In this document: piece by piece, positions 38,528 to 48,362 of the stretch
Layout of the letters: every line of letters begins with the position of its first letter
Numbering within the stretch: the first letter of the stretch is position 1
Notes under the pieces: generated by a model
What the model was told of the DNA's origin: nothing
The model's input: the letters and a program-made list of their open reading frames with translations, nothing else
Databases searched by the model: none
Position numbers and translations under genes: made by a program
Origin: Sedimentisphaeraceae bacterium JB056
GTDB taxonomy: Bacteria; Planctomycetota; Phycisphaerae; Sedimentisphaerales; Sedimentisphaeraceae
Direction: 5' to 3'
DNA: 64,000 bases
NCBI GenBank assembly: GCA_044440125.1
Contig: JBITAJ010000027.1
Span: forward strand, 128,001 to 192,000

Positions 38528-39188
38528 TTTGGATCTTCTGAAAACCAATGGAATCCCAAAGAAGGGATCGCCTTTTCTAACATTCGTAACAACTACGGCA
38601 GTTTTCATACCCATACTGTTTTGTTTTATGATTGGTGCTGAATATATGTCGAATCAGGTACAGATCAGATTTAATTTTGAAATGCTTGACAAGATAAAGC
38701 AGAAGCTTGAAACTGTGCCGTACGATCAAAGGCTTGACAACAGGCTTAAGCAGGAATTGGGTGTTGGATTAAGTACTATTTCAGAAATAAAGCAAAGTGT
38801 TGACAGAACCATACAGTGGACATCAATCCTTACAGAGATAACTGATTCTCTGCCTGAAAATCTTGCGATAGCTGAAGTTGATGTTAAACGTGCTATAGAC
38901 AGGCTCAGGGTACCTGATCCCAAGAGTGAGGTCAATAGAAAGATGGAAGTTGAAGTTATCACCAGGACACTTAAGATGACGGTATTTAATCTCAAGCCGG
39001 ACAGAACAAATAATGATGCTCAAAGTTATATCAAAACTCTTAATGATTCAGAACTTTTGAAGGAAAAAATGGAGAGCGCCAAGATAGCAATGATAAAAGT
39101 GGAAGAGTTTGGTGATCAGATGCTTCCATGTTACTTTATAGAATGTGTCTTCAAGAGTGGTTATAAAGCGCCGGAGGAGACGAAATGA
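38520..39188 (+). CDS. pilN: PilN-like protein
   Basis: LDLL N-terminus, single TM, coiled coil, WTSILTEITDSLPENLAI; follows pilM. Confidence 0.7.
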   Translation: MYNLDLLKTNGIPKKGSPFLTFVTTTAVFIPILFCFMIGAEYMSNQVQIRFNFEMLDKIKQKLETVPYDQRLDNRLKQELGVGLSTISEIKQSVDRTIQWTSILTEITDSLPENLAIAEVDVKRAIDRLRVPDPKSEVNRKMEVEVITRTLKMTVFNLKPDRTNNDAQSYIKTLNDSELLKEKMESAKIAMIKVEEFGDQMLPCYFIECVFKSGYKAPEETK

Positions 39189-39751
39189 AAGATAAACTGA
39201 GAAAATTTCTGACAGTCATCCTTATTGTATGGATTATTGCATTGGTCGGTATAGGGTCCTTTTATTACTTCGTGATAATGCCTCAGGAAAATAAACTTGA
39301 TGGATTATCCTCAAAGGTTGAATATGAGATAGAGACAAATCTTGTAGCATCTCACGCAAAAGAAAAGCGGGCTATGGAGCTAATGGCGGCCAAGGATCTG
39401 CAGGCGAAGGATTTGCTTAGAAGATTTCTTGTAGACAGGGCTAATGTTAATAATTTTGTGTTTGATTTTCAGAAGCTTGCCGATGAATGCGGTATAGATG
39501 ATTTCACTGGTTCCCATGATCCTTCAAACTCTTATTACAATATATCAGGGTTAAAGGAGATACAAGAGGGTACGATGAGGATTAATTTCAGCGGCGATTA
39601 TGTTCAGTTCATAAAATTGCTCAATAGCCTTGAAAGATATAAGCCGGTAATATTTATAGATCGTTTTAATATTACAAGAACGAGAAGAATAGAGGGGACT
39701 AACACTGTAAATATCGGCTTGACGTTCTTTGTTACGAAAGAATCAGATTGA
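39185..39751 (+). CDS. pilO: PilO-like protein
   Basis: N-terminal TM YYFVIMPQ; INFSGDY.QFIKLLNSLE....IFIDRFNI. Confidence 0.7.
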   Translation: MKDKLRKFLTVILIVWIIALVGIGSFYYFVIMPQENKLDGLSSKVEYEIETNLVASHAKEKRAMELMAAKDLQAKDLLRRFLVDRANVNNFVFDFQKLADECGIDDFTGSHDPSNSYYNISGLKEIQEGTMRINFSGDYVQFIKLLNSLERYKPVIFIDRFNITRTRRIEGTNTVNIGLTFFVTKESD

Positions 39752-39762
39752 GAGGTAATGTT

Positions 39763-40422
39763 ATGTTCAAAATGAAAAAAAACAGCAAGTATGACATAAA
39801 CGGTTTTGCTAATAAAAAAGTCGCTGACAAGCGAAGCGTTTTCGACTCGGATTTTATTGGTCGTGAAGGTAAGCTGAGCCCAAGGACGGTTAAGGAGATC
39901 GTAATGGCGGCCAGTCTGGTAGGTATTCTTGGAGTTATTTTCTACTTTAATTTTTATCAGAATAAATCGAAAGTCAAATCAGAAGAAGAGTTGACTTTGG
40001 CTGATCCGGCGGTTCTGGAGACAATAAATTTTGATACATCATGGAGTATGCCCGAGAAAATATCAGATGAACAGGAAAATCCTATGCTTGATATTAACAA
40101 GCTTCTTGAGTATCAAAGAAAATATGCAAATGAAATAGAAAAATTGAACCCTACCTTCTTGGAAGAGGTTGAAAAGGAACCGCAAGTTTCGTTTAAGAAA
40201 ATCAAGATATCTGTTAAAGGTATATTGTGGAACCCTGACGGAGATTCTTCTGCTCTTATTGACAGGGAAATGCTGAAAGTCAACCAAAAATATAAAGGTT
40301 ACACTGTCTCAAAAGTCTTAAGACAGTCTGTGATCCTTTCGGATAATGATGGTAATCTGATCAAACTTAATGTTGGTGAAGATAAGGAAATTATAGCAAC
40401 TGAAATTGTCGAGATGAATTAA
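39763..40422 (+). CDS. PilP/GspC-like protein (start revised to ATG 39763)
   Basis: Single TM; ENPM; VKGILW......ALID.....V.Q...GY.V.KV...SVIL; between pilO and the secretin. Confidence 0.6.
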   Translation: MFKMKKNSKYDINGFANKKVADKRSVFDSDFIGREGKLSPRTVKEIVMAASLVGILGVIFYFNFYQNKSKVKSEEELTLADPAVLETINFDTSWSMPEKISDEQENPMLDINKLLEYQRKYANEIEKLNPTFLEEVEKEPQVSFKKIKISVKGILWNPDGDSSALIDREMLKVNQKYKGYTVSKVLRQSVILSDNDGNLIKLNVGEDKEIIATEIVEMN

Positions 40423-41954
40423 TGGAAAAGAAAAGCACATTTGAGTCGGTTAAAACTGTTAAAGTTTTAAGTTATGTATTTATTATCTGTCTTTTTTCAG
40501 TCAGCTCTCTGATTGCTGGCTACGGTACTACAATTGGAGGTGAGAGTGAAGAATCTCTGCAGAATATTTCTCCAATTGAGAAGAAGCTGGAGAAGAAGAT
40601 CACTGTTGATTTTCTTGAAACACCTATAGAGGATGTTTTGAGAATGGTTGCTCAAACTGCTGAGATAGATATCGTAAAAAGCCCCAGAGTAACAGGTATG
40701 GTTACCGCTACATTGAATGATGTGCCGGTAGGTGAGGTTCTTGACAATATTCTCGCAGTGCAGGGATGTGGTTATGTTAAAACCGAAAACATGATAAGGG
40801 TTGTTCCTCAATCAGAGCTTAATAATCTGAACGAGAAAGTAGTGAGCAAGGTGTACAGGATCACTTATGCTGATTCTGATAATGTAGCCAAGGCCTTGAG
40901 TAAATTTATATCTTCGCAGGGAAGTCTTTCTGTTAACCCGGGCACAAGTAATATCGTGGTTACAGATACTGAAAGCAAGATAAAGGCTATAGATGAGTTT
41001 ATTGATGAGGTTGACAGGGTTACAGAACAGGTTGTCGTTGAAGTAAGGGTTTACGATGTAAGCGGCGATGATTCGCTCAATCTTGATATTGACTGGAACA
41101 TGGGGCGTGTCTCAGAAAACAGTTATGGAGAACGCGTTGCTCAGACAACAGGCAATGGTATTCAGTATAGCGAGGACACTGCTAATGATGAAGTCCCTGA
41201 GGGACCTGTTAAGCAGAATTCTACTAAAAGGACAGATCCGTTTGTGGCAGGTTCTTTTGACAACGATAACGGCGGAAGTGTTAGAATAGGCTTTTTGAAT
41301 GATTCAATAAGTATTGATCTTATGCTTTCTGCTCTTCGTTCACAGGGTTATGCAAAGCTTCTTGCAAATCCAAGTATACTTGTATTGGATAATGAGACTG
41401 CTGATTTCGAGATAATCAAAGAAATCCCTTATAAAGAGGAAAGCGATACATCTCAGGGCGGCAGGCTTACATCAACAAAATTTAAGGAAGTTGGTGTTAA
41501 ACTTCAGGTAACACCTCATATCACACGTGATGAGATGCTCAGAATGCATATAATGCCGGAGTTTGGACTTGTTGAAGATATCAATGCAGAGGGAGCACCA
41601 ACTGTTAATACACGTCGTATTGATACCATAGCACTGCTCAAGAACGGTCAGACTGTTGTTCTTGGCGGACTCAAACAGCTCGAAAGGTCCAAGGATTATT
41701 GGAAAACACCTATATTTGGCGATTTGCCATTGATTGCTCCTCTGTTTAGATCGGAGACTGAGACGGTTAAGGAATCTGAATTGCTTGTATTCATCAAGCC
41801 TATGATTATCAAAGATACACCTGCAATGTCAGAATTTCAGGAAGATGTTTTGACGCGTACTCAGGTTAATGCTCCTTATTATCCCGGAAAGAGCAGGATA
41901 AGGAATGAAGATGGAAGCGTTTATGAGTCAGGCGTATTGGAAGAAGACGAGTAG
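40422..41954 (+). CDS. pilQ: Secretin (PilQ/GspD)
   Basis: ITVDF.ETPIEDVLR N0 domain; N3 domain; QVVVEVRV, LLANPSI, VGVKLQVTPHI, GQTVVLGG, P.FGDLP.I..LFR, ELLVFIKP. Confidence 0.9.
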   Translation: MEKKSTFESVKTVKVLSYVFIICLFSVSSLIAGYGTTIGGESEESLQNISPIEKKLEKKITVDFLETPIEDVLRMVAQTAEIDIVKSPRVTGMVTATLNDVPVGEVLDNILAVQGCGYVKTENMIRVVPQSELNNLNEKVVSKVYRITYADSDNVAKALSKFISSQGSLSVNPGTSNIVVTDTESKIKAIDEFIDEVDRVTEQVVVEVRVYDVSGDDSLNLDIDWNMGRVSENSYGERVAQTTGNGIQYSEDTANDEVPEGPVKQNSTKRTDPFVAGSFDNDNGGSVRIGFLNDSISIDLMLSALRSQGYAKLLANPSILVLDNETADFEIIKEIPYKEESDTSQGGRLTSTKFKEVGVKLQVTPHITRDEMLRMHIMPEFGLVEDINAEGAPTVNTRRIDTIALLKNGQTVVLGGLKQLERSKDYWKTPIFGDLPLIAPLFRSETETVKESELLVFIKPMIIKDTPAMSEFQEDVLTRTQVNAPYYPGKSRIRNEDGSVYESGVLEEDE

Positions 41955-41969
41955 AGTAAGAGGCTATTA

Positions 41970-43070
41970 ATGTTTTCAAAAGAGCAAATGCTTACACAGG
42001 CGGTAGAGTTAGGGGCAAGTGACGTCCATGTGAATGTTGGGATGCCGCCTGTTATACGCAAGAACACTGAGCTTTTCAAAATGGAATTGCCGGAGGTTAC
42101 CTCCGAGCATGCAGAGGATCTCGTGTCATCAATGATCGACGAGAAGGAGTGGGAGACGCTCAAGGAGGTGCGAGACATTGATTTTGCTACGATGATAGAT
42201 AGTGGTACAAGATTTCGTGTCAATGTCCACTATCAAAAAGGTGAGCTTGCAATTGCTTTTCGTGTTATTAATAATGACATACTGCCTCTGAGTGTCTTGG
42301 AGCTGCCTGATATTATTGGTCAGCTTATCGAAGTTCCCAGAGGATTAGTTCTTGTTACAGGACCTACCGGTTCTGGTAAAAGTACAACTCTTGCATCAAT
42401 GATAAACCGTATTAATGAGATAAGCTCAAAGAGGATAATAACTCTCGAAGATCCTATAGAGTATATGTTTGAGAATAACAGATGCCAGATAGAACAGCGA
42501 GAGGTCGGCAGGGATGTTCCGGCATTTGCCTCGGGTCTTAAGCATAGTTTACGTCAGGACCCGGATATTATTCTTGTTGGTGAGATGCGAGACCTTGAGA
42601 CCACATCAGCGGCAATAACTGCCGCTGAGACTGGTCACCTTGTATTAAGTACACTTCATACTATCAATGCTACCCAGACTATAGAACGAATTGTCGATAT
42701 TTACCCTGACGGACAGCAGGAGCAGATAAGAAGCCTTCTTGCTAATACATTGAAGGCAGTTATATCGCAAACTCTTTTCAAACGCAAGGACAGGCCAGGG
42801 ATGGTGCCTTGCGTTGAAATACTGATTGCTAATTCTGCCGTAAAGAACTGTATTAGGGAAAACAGGCTTCATGAAATGCCTAACCTTATACAGACTGCAC
42901 GCCAGATAGGTATGCAGACACTTGACGGCAGTATCGCTGAGATGTTTTTCAGAGGACTTATACATAAAAAAGATGCTATTGCCAAGTCGGCAAATCAGGC
43001 TCAGATGGTAAAAGTGCTTGGAAGTGTGCAGGATAACCAGAATAACACTTCAATGCCAAGAATATACTAA
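41970..43070 (+). CDS. pilT: Type IV pilus retraction ATPase
   Basis: GASDVH, RFRVN, GLVLVTGPTGSGKSTTLA, TLEDPIE, QREVG, LRQDPD, GEMRD, AIRNLIRE-like AVKNCIRE, GMQTLD. Confidence 0.93.
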   Translation: MFSKEQMLTQAVELGASDVHVNVGMPPVIRKNTELFKMELPEVTSEHAEDLVSSMIDEKEWETLKEVRDIDFATMIDSGTRFRVNVHYQKGELAIAFRVINNDILPLSVLELPDIIGQLIEVPRGLVLVTGPTGSGKSTTLASMINRINEISSKRIITLEDPIEYMFENNRCQIEQREVGRDVPAFASGLKHSLRQDPDIILVGEMRDLETTSAAITAAETGHLVLSTLHTINATQTIERIVDIYPDGQQEQIRSLLANTLKAVISQTLFKRKDRPGMVPCVEILIANSAVKNCIRENRLHEMPNLIQTARQIGMQTLDGSIAEMFFRGLIHKKDAIAKSANQAQMVKVLGSVQDNQNNTSMPRIY

Positions 43071-43094
43071 ATTCATTGCTTCTCTCAAATCTTA

Positions 43095-43131
43095 TGCGGC
43101 AAATAGAACCTCGCTATTTGCCGCAATTTTT
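43095..43131 (+). terminator. Terminator after pilT
   Basis: TGCGGCAAATAG-AACCTCG-CTATTTGCCGCA followed by ATTTTT. Confidence 0.85.
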
Positions 43132-43295
43132 ATTTATAGTCTTAACTGTATCTTTTGTATAGGTTTCAGTATCCATTTGTTTCCCTATTACTCCATTTAA
43201 GCTTGCTTTTTGCAGGTTTATTAATTAATATTAGACGTATGTAGCGGAGTTTGCCTTATTTAGGTGTTAAAAAGAATATTTAGAAAGGATCGGAC

Positions 43296-44105
43296 ATGGA
43301 GAATTCTGTAGAAAGTATTAAGCTTGTAATTACTACCTATGGTTTGAGGGTACTTATAGGTATTGCCCTGTTTTTTGTTGGTAAATGGTTGAGTAAGTTC
43401 ATTTCAGAGCGTACATCAGCTTATATGCTTAAAAAGCAGGTCAATCAAACATTATCACATTTTGTCAAACAGATACTTTATGTCGCTCTATTGGTCTGTG
43501 TTGTTATTGGAGTATTGCAGTATATAGGTATTCCTACGGCACAGTTCGTAGTTGTTTTGGGTTCTGCGGGTTTGGCTATAGGTCTGGCTATGAAAGATAC
43601 GCTTTCGAATTTTGCAGCCGGACTCATGCTTACCACTCTGAGGCCGTTTAACATCGGTGATTACGTTGAAGTCAGCGGAAAGGGTGGTACCGTTGTTTCG
43701 ATACATCTTCTAAGTACCATACTCAATACGCCTGACAATGTAAGAGTAGTTGTGCCTAATGGAAAAATACTGGCTGATAACATATCTAACTATACAGTTA
43801 ATGGCAAGCGAAGGATTGTTATAAATGTAGGCGTATCCTATGATGATGATCTGCAGAAGGTGACGGAAACCTTGATGGGACTGCTCAAGTCTGATGAACG
43901 TATATTAGAGGATCCGGCTCCTGTTGTAGCTGTCACTGAGTTTGGCGACAGTTCTATAAACATAGTTGTAAGGCCGTGGGCGACAGTCGCTGACTACTGG
44001 AATGTGTATTTTGATCTGCATAAAAAGATTAAAACAACCTTTGATGAGAATGATATTACAATTCCTTTCCCTCAGAGAGTTGTTCATATGCAGAATCAAG
44101 AATAA
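43296..44105 (+). CDS. mscS: Small-conductance mechanosensitive channel
   Basis: AGLAIGLA.KDTLSNFAAG, RPF.IGDYVE, VPNG, GVSYDDD, IPFPQR. Confidence 0.95.
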   Translation: MENSVESIKLVITTYGLRVLIGIALFFVGKWLSKFISERTSAYMLKKQVNQTLSHFVKQILYVALLVCVVIGVLQYIGIPTAQFVVVLGSAGLAIGLAMKDTLSNFAAGLMLTTLRPFNIGDYVEVSGKGGTVVSIHLLSTILNTPDNVRVVVPNGKILADNISNYTVNGKRRIVINVGVSYDDDLQKVTETLMGLLKSDERILEDPAPVVAVTEFGDSSINIVVRPWATVADYWNVYFDLHKKIKTTFDENDITIPFPQRVVHMQNQE

Positions 44106-44143
44106 ATAAAAATGTAAATAGGAAGATAGAGAGAATTTTTAGC

Positions 44144-45157
44144 ATGCTCAAGAAAATTTGTGTAGCGGTTTTGATGTTTGCCGCATTTTGTTTCGCAGAT
44201 AAAGTATATCTGATTAATGGGGATATTGTAAGTGGAAATATTAAAACTGCTGCCGGGGGTAACCTTGTCGTAGCCTCTGAGTTCTTTGGAGAAGTGAAGA
44301 TTGATATTTCGAAAGTCAAGACATTTGAGACTGACGAGCCATTGCCTCTTCACCTCACTGACGGTTCTGTCTTGAATCATAAGGTTATTGCGAGTTCTGA
44401 CGGTCAGATAGCTACAGAAGCAGAGGTTGGCTCTGACCAAACCATTAAACTTAAAGATATTGAGACTATTAATCCTGCTTCGCCCCAAGAGCCGAGATGG
44501 AAGGGCTCGGTTAAGGGAGGTTTGTTCTATAGCTCCGGTAATACGCGAAAGGATTCGTATAATTTAGGTTTTTCATTCGATAAAGATACGGATAAAGACA
44601 GAACCAGCATCAAGGGTGATACGGTCAGGTCGCGAGAAGGTAATGATGACGGTGAAAAAGAGACAACAGAGGATTGGTGGAAGTTGTCTGCTAAATATGA
44701 TTACTTTTTGAGCAAAAAGACCTATGTTTACGGTAATACGCAATATAAGAAAGACAGCATAGCCGAGCTTGACAGACGAGTGATAATAGGTGGCGGTATA
44801 GGCCGTAAGTTCTTTGATAAGCCTGACTTGTTTACGCTTGACGGTGAGGTTGGTCTTGCATCTGTTTATGAAAAATATGAAGATCAGGAGTCAAGCAGTG
44901 AGATGTCGCTTCGTGCAGCTTACAATCTCTTCAAAAGGCTGAATAATAAGCTTGTGTTTATACATGGGCTTGAGTATTATCCTCAGATGGAAAGTTTCTC
45001 GGACTATTATCTCAGTTCTTTTGGCGAGTTAAAACTTGATGTTTCTTCTTCTATGTTTACAAGTTACAAAATAATATTCGATTATGATTCTACACCGGCA
45101 GAAGGTTCTGTCAGTACGGATGTTAAGCATCTGTTGAGTGTTGGACTGAATTTTTGA
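44144..45157 (+). CDS. DUF481-type outer-membrane beta-barrel protein
   Basis: Signal peptide; DKVYLINGD.VSG; WKGSV..G....SGNT; GGGIG; terminal VGLNF. Confidence 0.8.
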   Translation: MLKKICVAVLMFAAFCFADKVYLINGDIVSGNIKTAAGGNLVVASEFFGEVKIDISKVKTFETDEPLPLHLTDGSVLNHKVIASSDGQIATEAEVGSDQTIKLKDIETINPASPQEPRWKGSVKGGLFYSSGNTRKDSYNLGFSFDKDTDKDRTSIKGDTVRSREGNDDGEKETTEDWWKLSAKYDYFLSKKTYVYGNTQYKKDSIAELDRRVIIGGGIGRKFFDKPDLFTLDGEVGLASVYEKYEDQESSSEMSLRAAYNLFKRLNNKLVFIHGLEYYPQMESFSDYYLSSFGELKLDVSSSMFTSYKIIFDYDSTPAEGSVSTDVKHLLSVGLNF

Positions 45158-45198
45158 TTGATTCTTAATGCTTAGGATCTTGTTTAGAGGAGTTTGTA

Positions 45199-45984
45199 AT
45201 GAAAAAAATAAGTGTACTTCTTCTATCATTGATATTAAGTTGCTTTGTATGTTCATGCAGTGATGTCGTTATAAGCGGCAGGTCGCGGCTGAATTTTGTG
45301 CCTGATAAACAAATAAACCAGATGGCAGAGCAGTCATATGAGCAGTTCCTTTCGGATAATGCGCAACTGCTCAACAAAGATGCCCAGAATACTCAGCTTG
45401 TTCGTAAAGTTGGTAATAATATAAAACAGGCTGTCGAAGAATATTTGGTTGAGAATGGTATGGAAGATGAGGTGGCCAATTATAATTGGGAATTCAATCT
45501 TGTCGAGTCTGAGCAGGTCAATGCCTGGGCAATGCCTGGCGGCAAGGTAGTTGTTTATACCGGAATATTACCTTACACTCAGAACGAATCCGGCCTTGCA
45601 GTGGTAATGGCTCATGAGGTAGCCCATGCGGTAGCTAAACATGGCGCTGAGCAGATGTCACAAGATCTCCTGCTTCAGGTCGGTGGTACTATGCTCGATG
45701 AATACGGTGCTTCAGATACATTTCTCAGGGCATTTTCTATCGGTTCAACGTATGGGCTAAAGCTTCCGTACAGTCGTACGCACGAATACGAAGCGGATCA
45801 TTTAGGTCTTGTATTTATGGCTATGGCGGGTTACGATCCTAAAGAAGCCCCAAGGTTCTGGCAGCGCATGAGCCAGGGCTCCGGCGGAGGTGTGCCTGAA
45901 TTCATGAGTACTCATCCGCTTGATGAGAACAGGATAGAGAGACTGAATGGTCTTATGGATGAAGCGTATCAGTATATGAAATGA
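45199..45984 (+). CDS. M48 family zinc metallopeptidase (probable lipoprotein)
   Basis: VNAWAMPGGK, HEVAH, YSRTHEYEAD, FMSTHP. Confidence 0.93.
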   Translation: MKKISVLLLSLILSCFVCSCSDVVISGRSRLNFVPDKQINQMAEQSYEQFLSDNAQLLNKDAQNTQLVRKVGNNIKQAVEEYLVENGMEDEVANYNWEFNLVESEQVNAWAMPGGKVVVYTGILPYTQNESGLAVVMAHEVAHAVAKHGAEQMSQDLLLQVGGTMLDEYGASDTFLRAFSIGSTYGLKLPYSRTHEYEADHLGLVFMAMAGYDPKEAPRFWQRMSQGSGGGVPEFMSTHPLDENRIERLNGLMDEAYQYMK

Positions 45985-46059
45985 CACTGAGTCTTAAGTT
46001 CTTGACTCATTGTTGTTTATGTGTATTTGTAGATTGTTTTAATATTTTTTGGTTTTTCA

Positions 46060-46087
46060 GCAATAAAAAGAGCATTCATGTCGTCTA
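46060..46087 (+). promoter_or_regulatory. Putative ECF (SigW-like) autoregulatory promoter
   Basis: GCAATA-N16-CGTCTA just upstream of ATG 46098. Confidence 0.5.
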
Positions 46088-46097
46088 TAAAGGTGAA

Positions 46098-46658
46098 ATG
46101 CGATTGAAAGATGATCAGGAAACATTAGAAGATATTGTAGACGGCTGTCGTAAAGGTGATAATAGTGCCTTCAGTTCTCTAATTGACCGATATTCAAATC
46201 GTTTTTACGGCTACTTTTATTCGCATACGTTTGACAGGCAAGTAAGCGATGACTTGCTGAGTGAGTTCTATCTGAAAATTGTAAAAAGTATAAAGAATTA
46301 CAGGGATGGATCATTCGAGGCGTGGCTGCAGAGTGTTGCTTCAAGTGTTTATTACGATTATCTCCGAAAGCATATAAGGCAGAGAGATGAGAATATAAAG
46401 TACTGTGAAGAAATGTCTTACCTTGATGACTGTGAAGAATCTCAAACTCAGGACATTATTGAACAGCAGTCAGATGACATTAAAAAGGCATTGCAGGAAT
46501 TAGATAATGACAGCCGTGAACTTATATCTATGCGTTATTTTTCAGATATGAGCTTTAAGGAAATCGCCGAGGCGACGCAAAGGCCGATAGGTACTGTTTT
46601 GGCGAAGATACATCGCGGAATATCTAAACTTAAGAAAATTCTGGATGTGGAAAAATGA
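46098..46658 (+). CDS. ECF RNA polymerase sigma factor (start revised to ATG 46098)
   Basis: GDNSAF..L..RY, DDLLSE, F.AWL, RELISMRYFSDMSFKEIAE...PIGTV. Confidence 0.9.
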   Translation: MRLKDDQETLEDIVDGCRKGDNSAFSSLIDRYSNRFYGYFYSHTFDRQVSDDLLSEFYLKIVKSIKNYRDGSFEAWLQSVASSVYYDYLRKHIRQRDENIKYCEEMSYLDDCEESQTQDIIEQQSDDIKKALQELDNDSRELISMRYFSDMSFKEIAEATQRPIGTVLAKIHRGISKLKKILDVEK

Positions 46659-47176
46659 AAGAATCATTAAAAGATATCAAAAAAATTACAAGTCAGATAT
46701 ATCCTCCTGCAGGTGCAGAACGGATAGCTTCTGAGCTGTATGATGCAGATAATAAGCTTCAGGGTAAGTTTCCGGATGTCGGGCCAAATAAGCTTCTTAT
46801 TGAAGCGATAAAGGCCGATGTTGCGGGGCAGCTCAAATCTCAAAAACAGAAGAGAGTATGGGGGCTTAGAATCACAGCGGTTGCGGCTTCTATTGCTATT
46901 TTATGTGGTTTTGTTGTAAAGTTTTACGTTTTCAACCAAGATGATGTTGCTCCTGTTGAATCAGGCACTGTAGCTGTTGTTGAATCAAATATACAGCCTG
47001 AGGTCGTTACAATGAGTTGGGACCAGAATGATGAGCTTACATTGCTTAGTGCAAAGCTTGATAACATTGAGACCGCATTTTATGAAAATGATGATGACTC
47101 TTTTGATAGCGATACACTGCTTATAGAGGTTGAGTCACAAGTCACTGAGTTAAAAGGACTATTCTGGAAAGGATAA
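46655..47176 (+). CDS. Putative anti-sigma factor (single TM)
   Basis: ATGA overlap with the ECF gene; TM ITAVAASIAILCGFVV. Confidence 0.65.
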   Translation: MKESLKDIKKITSQIYPPAGAERIASELYDADNKLQGKFPDVGPNKLLIEAIKADVAGQLKSQKQKRVWGLRITAVAASIAILCGFVVKFYVFNQDDVAPVESGTVAVVESNIQPEVVTMSWDQNDELTLLSAKLDNIETAFYENDDDSFDSDTLLIEVESQVTELKGLFWKG

Positions 47177-47180
47177 TACC

Positions 47181-48128
47181 ATGAAAAAAATATTTATAGT
47201 GATTTTTACTGTTGTTCTTCTTATGCCTGTGATGTACCTGCAGGCTGAGCAGACAGAGACTGCGGAATTGCGAAATATCTTCGCAGAAGATGCTCGCGAT
47301 AAGCAGAATGAAAAGATGATTCAGTTTCTTGAGAGAGCAAATCCTGAGCGAGCTAAAGAGCTTAAGATGCTTAAGCAAGAAAATCCAGATCAATTTTACA
47401 AGGAAATGGATGCACTTGCGGAAAGAATGCGTGAGAAGCTGGAAAAATTTAAGAAAGAAAAAGAAAATGATGCCGTAACAAGAGCATCAGATAATGGTGA
47501 CTGGCAGCAGCCGAGAAGGCCTCGTAAAGACAACCAGCAAGAAGCAGGGCAGCAGCCAAAGTCTCCTCCGCCACCTGAATTTCATATGCAAAGGGATGGT
47601 CGCCAAGGTAAAGGGCGTAATTCCTATATGGAGGTCATGAAGAAACGCAATGAAGAGTTTCTTGAATGGCTGAATGAGAATTTTCCTGAGCAGGCAGAGA
47701 AGCTTTCTTTGGCTACTGAGGCAAATCCGGAAAGAGCATTTCGTGATATGATGCCTACGGTTATGATGTACCGTGATATATTCGAGACGGAAAAGAAAAA
47801 TCCTGAGCTTGCGGCTCTTATGAAACAGGATGTTGAACTCAAGCAGAGACGTAATGAAGTAGTTGAAAGACTCAGTATAACAGAGGGGAAAGAAGAAAGA
47901 GAAGAGCTTGCCGCTCATTTAGAAGACATAGTTGCTGCAAGATTTGACCTTATACTTGAAAAGCGTCAGATGAGATTCGATGAGCTAAGGCAGAGGCTTG
48001 CTGAGCTTGAGGAGCAGATTGCTAAGCAGCAATCGGATTTGCAGGAACTTAGTAAACAGCGAGATGCTCAGATAAAGAAGCGAGTTGATGAGCTTATGGC
48101 CGAGAAAGAACAGATGATTTGGGAGTGA
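47181..48128 (+). CDS. Secreted charged coiled-coil protein (third gene of the ECF operon)
   Basis: Signal peptide; E/K/R/M-rich helices; Pro/Gln-rich linker. Confidence 0.7.
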   Translation: MKKIFIVIFTVVLLMPVMYLQAEQTETAELRNIFAEDARDKQNEKMIQFLERANPERAKELKMLKQENPDQFYKEMDALAERMREKLEKFKKEKENDAVTRASDNGDWQQPRRPRKDNQQEAGQQPKSPPPPEFHMQRDGRQGKGRNSYMEVMKKRNEEFLEWLNENFPEQAEKLSLATEANPERAFRDMMPTVMMYRDIFETEKKNPELAALMKQDVELKQRRNEVVERLSITEGKEEREELAAHLEDIVAARFDLILEKRQMRFDELRQRLAELEEQIAKQQSDLQELSKQRDAQIKKRVDELMAEKEQMIWE

Positions 48129-48160
48129 TGGCTCAAACTGAATATTTCCTAAAATATATC

Positions 48161-48199
48161 AAAAACCGATCGAATTCATAAATTTGGTCGGTTTTTTTT
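48161..48199 (+). terminator. Rho-independent terminator
   Basis: AAAAACCGATCGAATT-CATA-AATTTGGTCGG followed by T8. Confidence 0.85.
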
Positions 48200-48362
48200 G
48201 TTTTTAAAGCATATAATAGCAATATAGGAGTTGTTTATCACAAGATTGTTAAAGTAAAGCCTGAAAAATTTATATATACTCAGTTTAGAAGATACGAATA
48301 CTGATTAGGGAATCAAGTAAGAAAAACGTAAACGTAAAATGGTATTTTATAAGGAGTACATT

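Noticed and set aside
45981..46097. N-terminal extension of the ECF ORF in the track
   Set aside because: Not sigma-like and contains the promoter-like motif; ATG 46098 fits better
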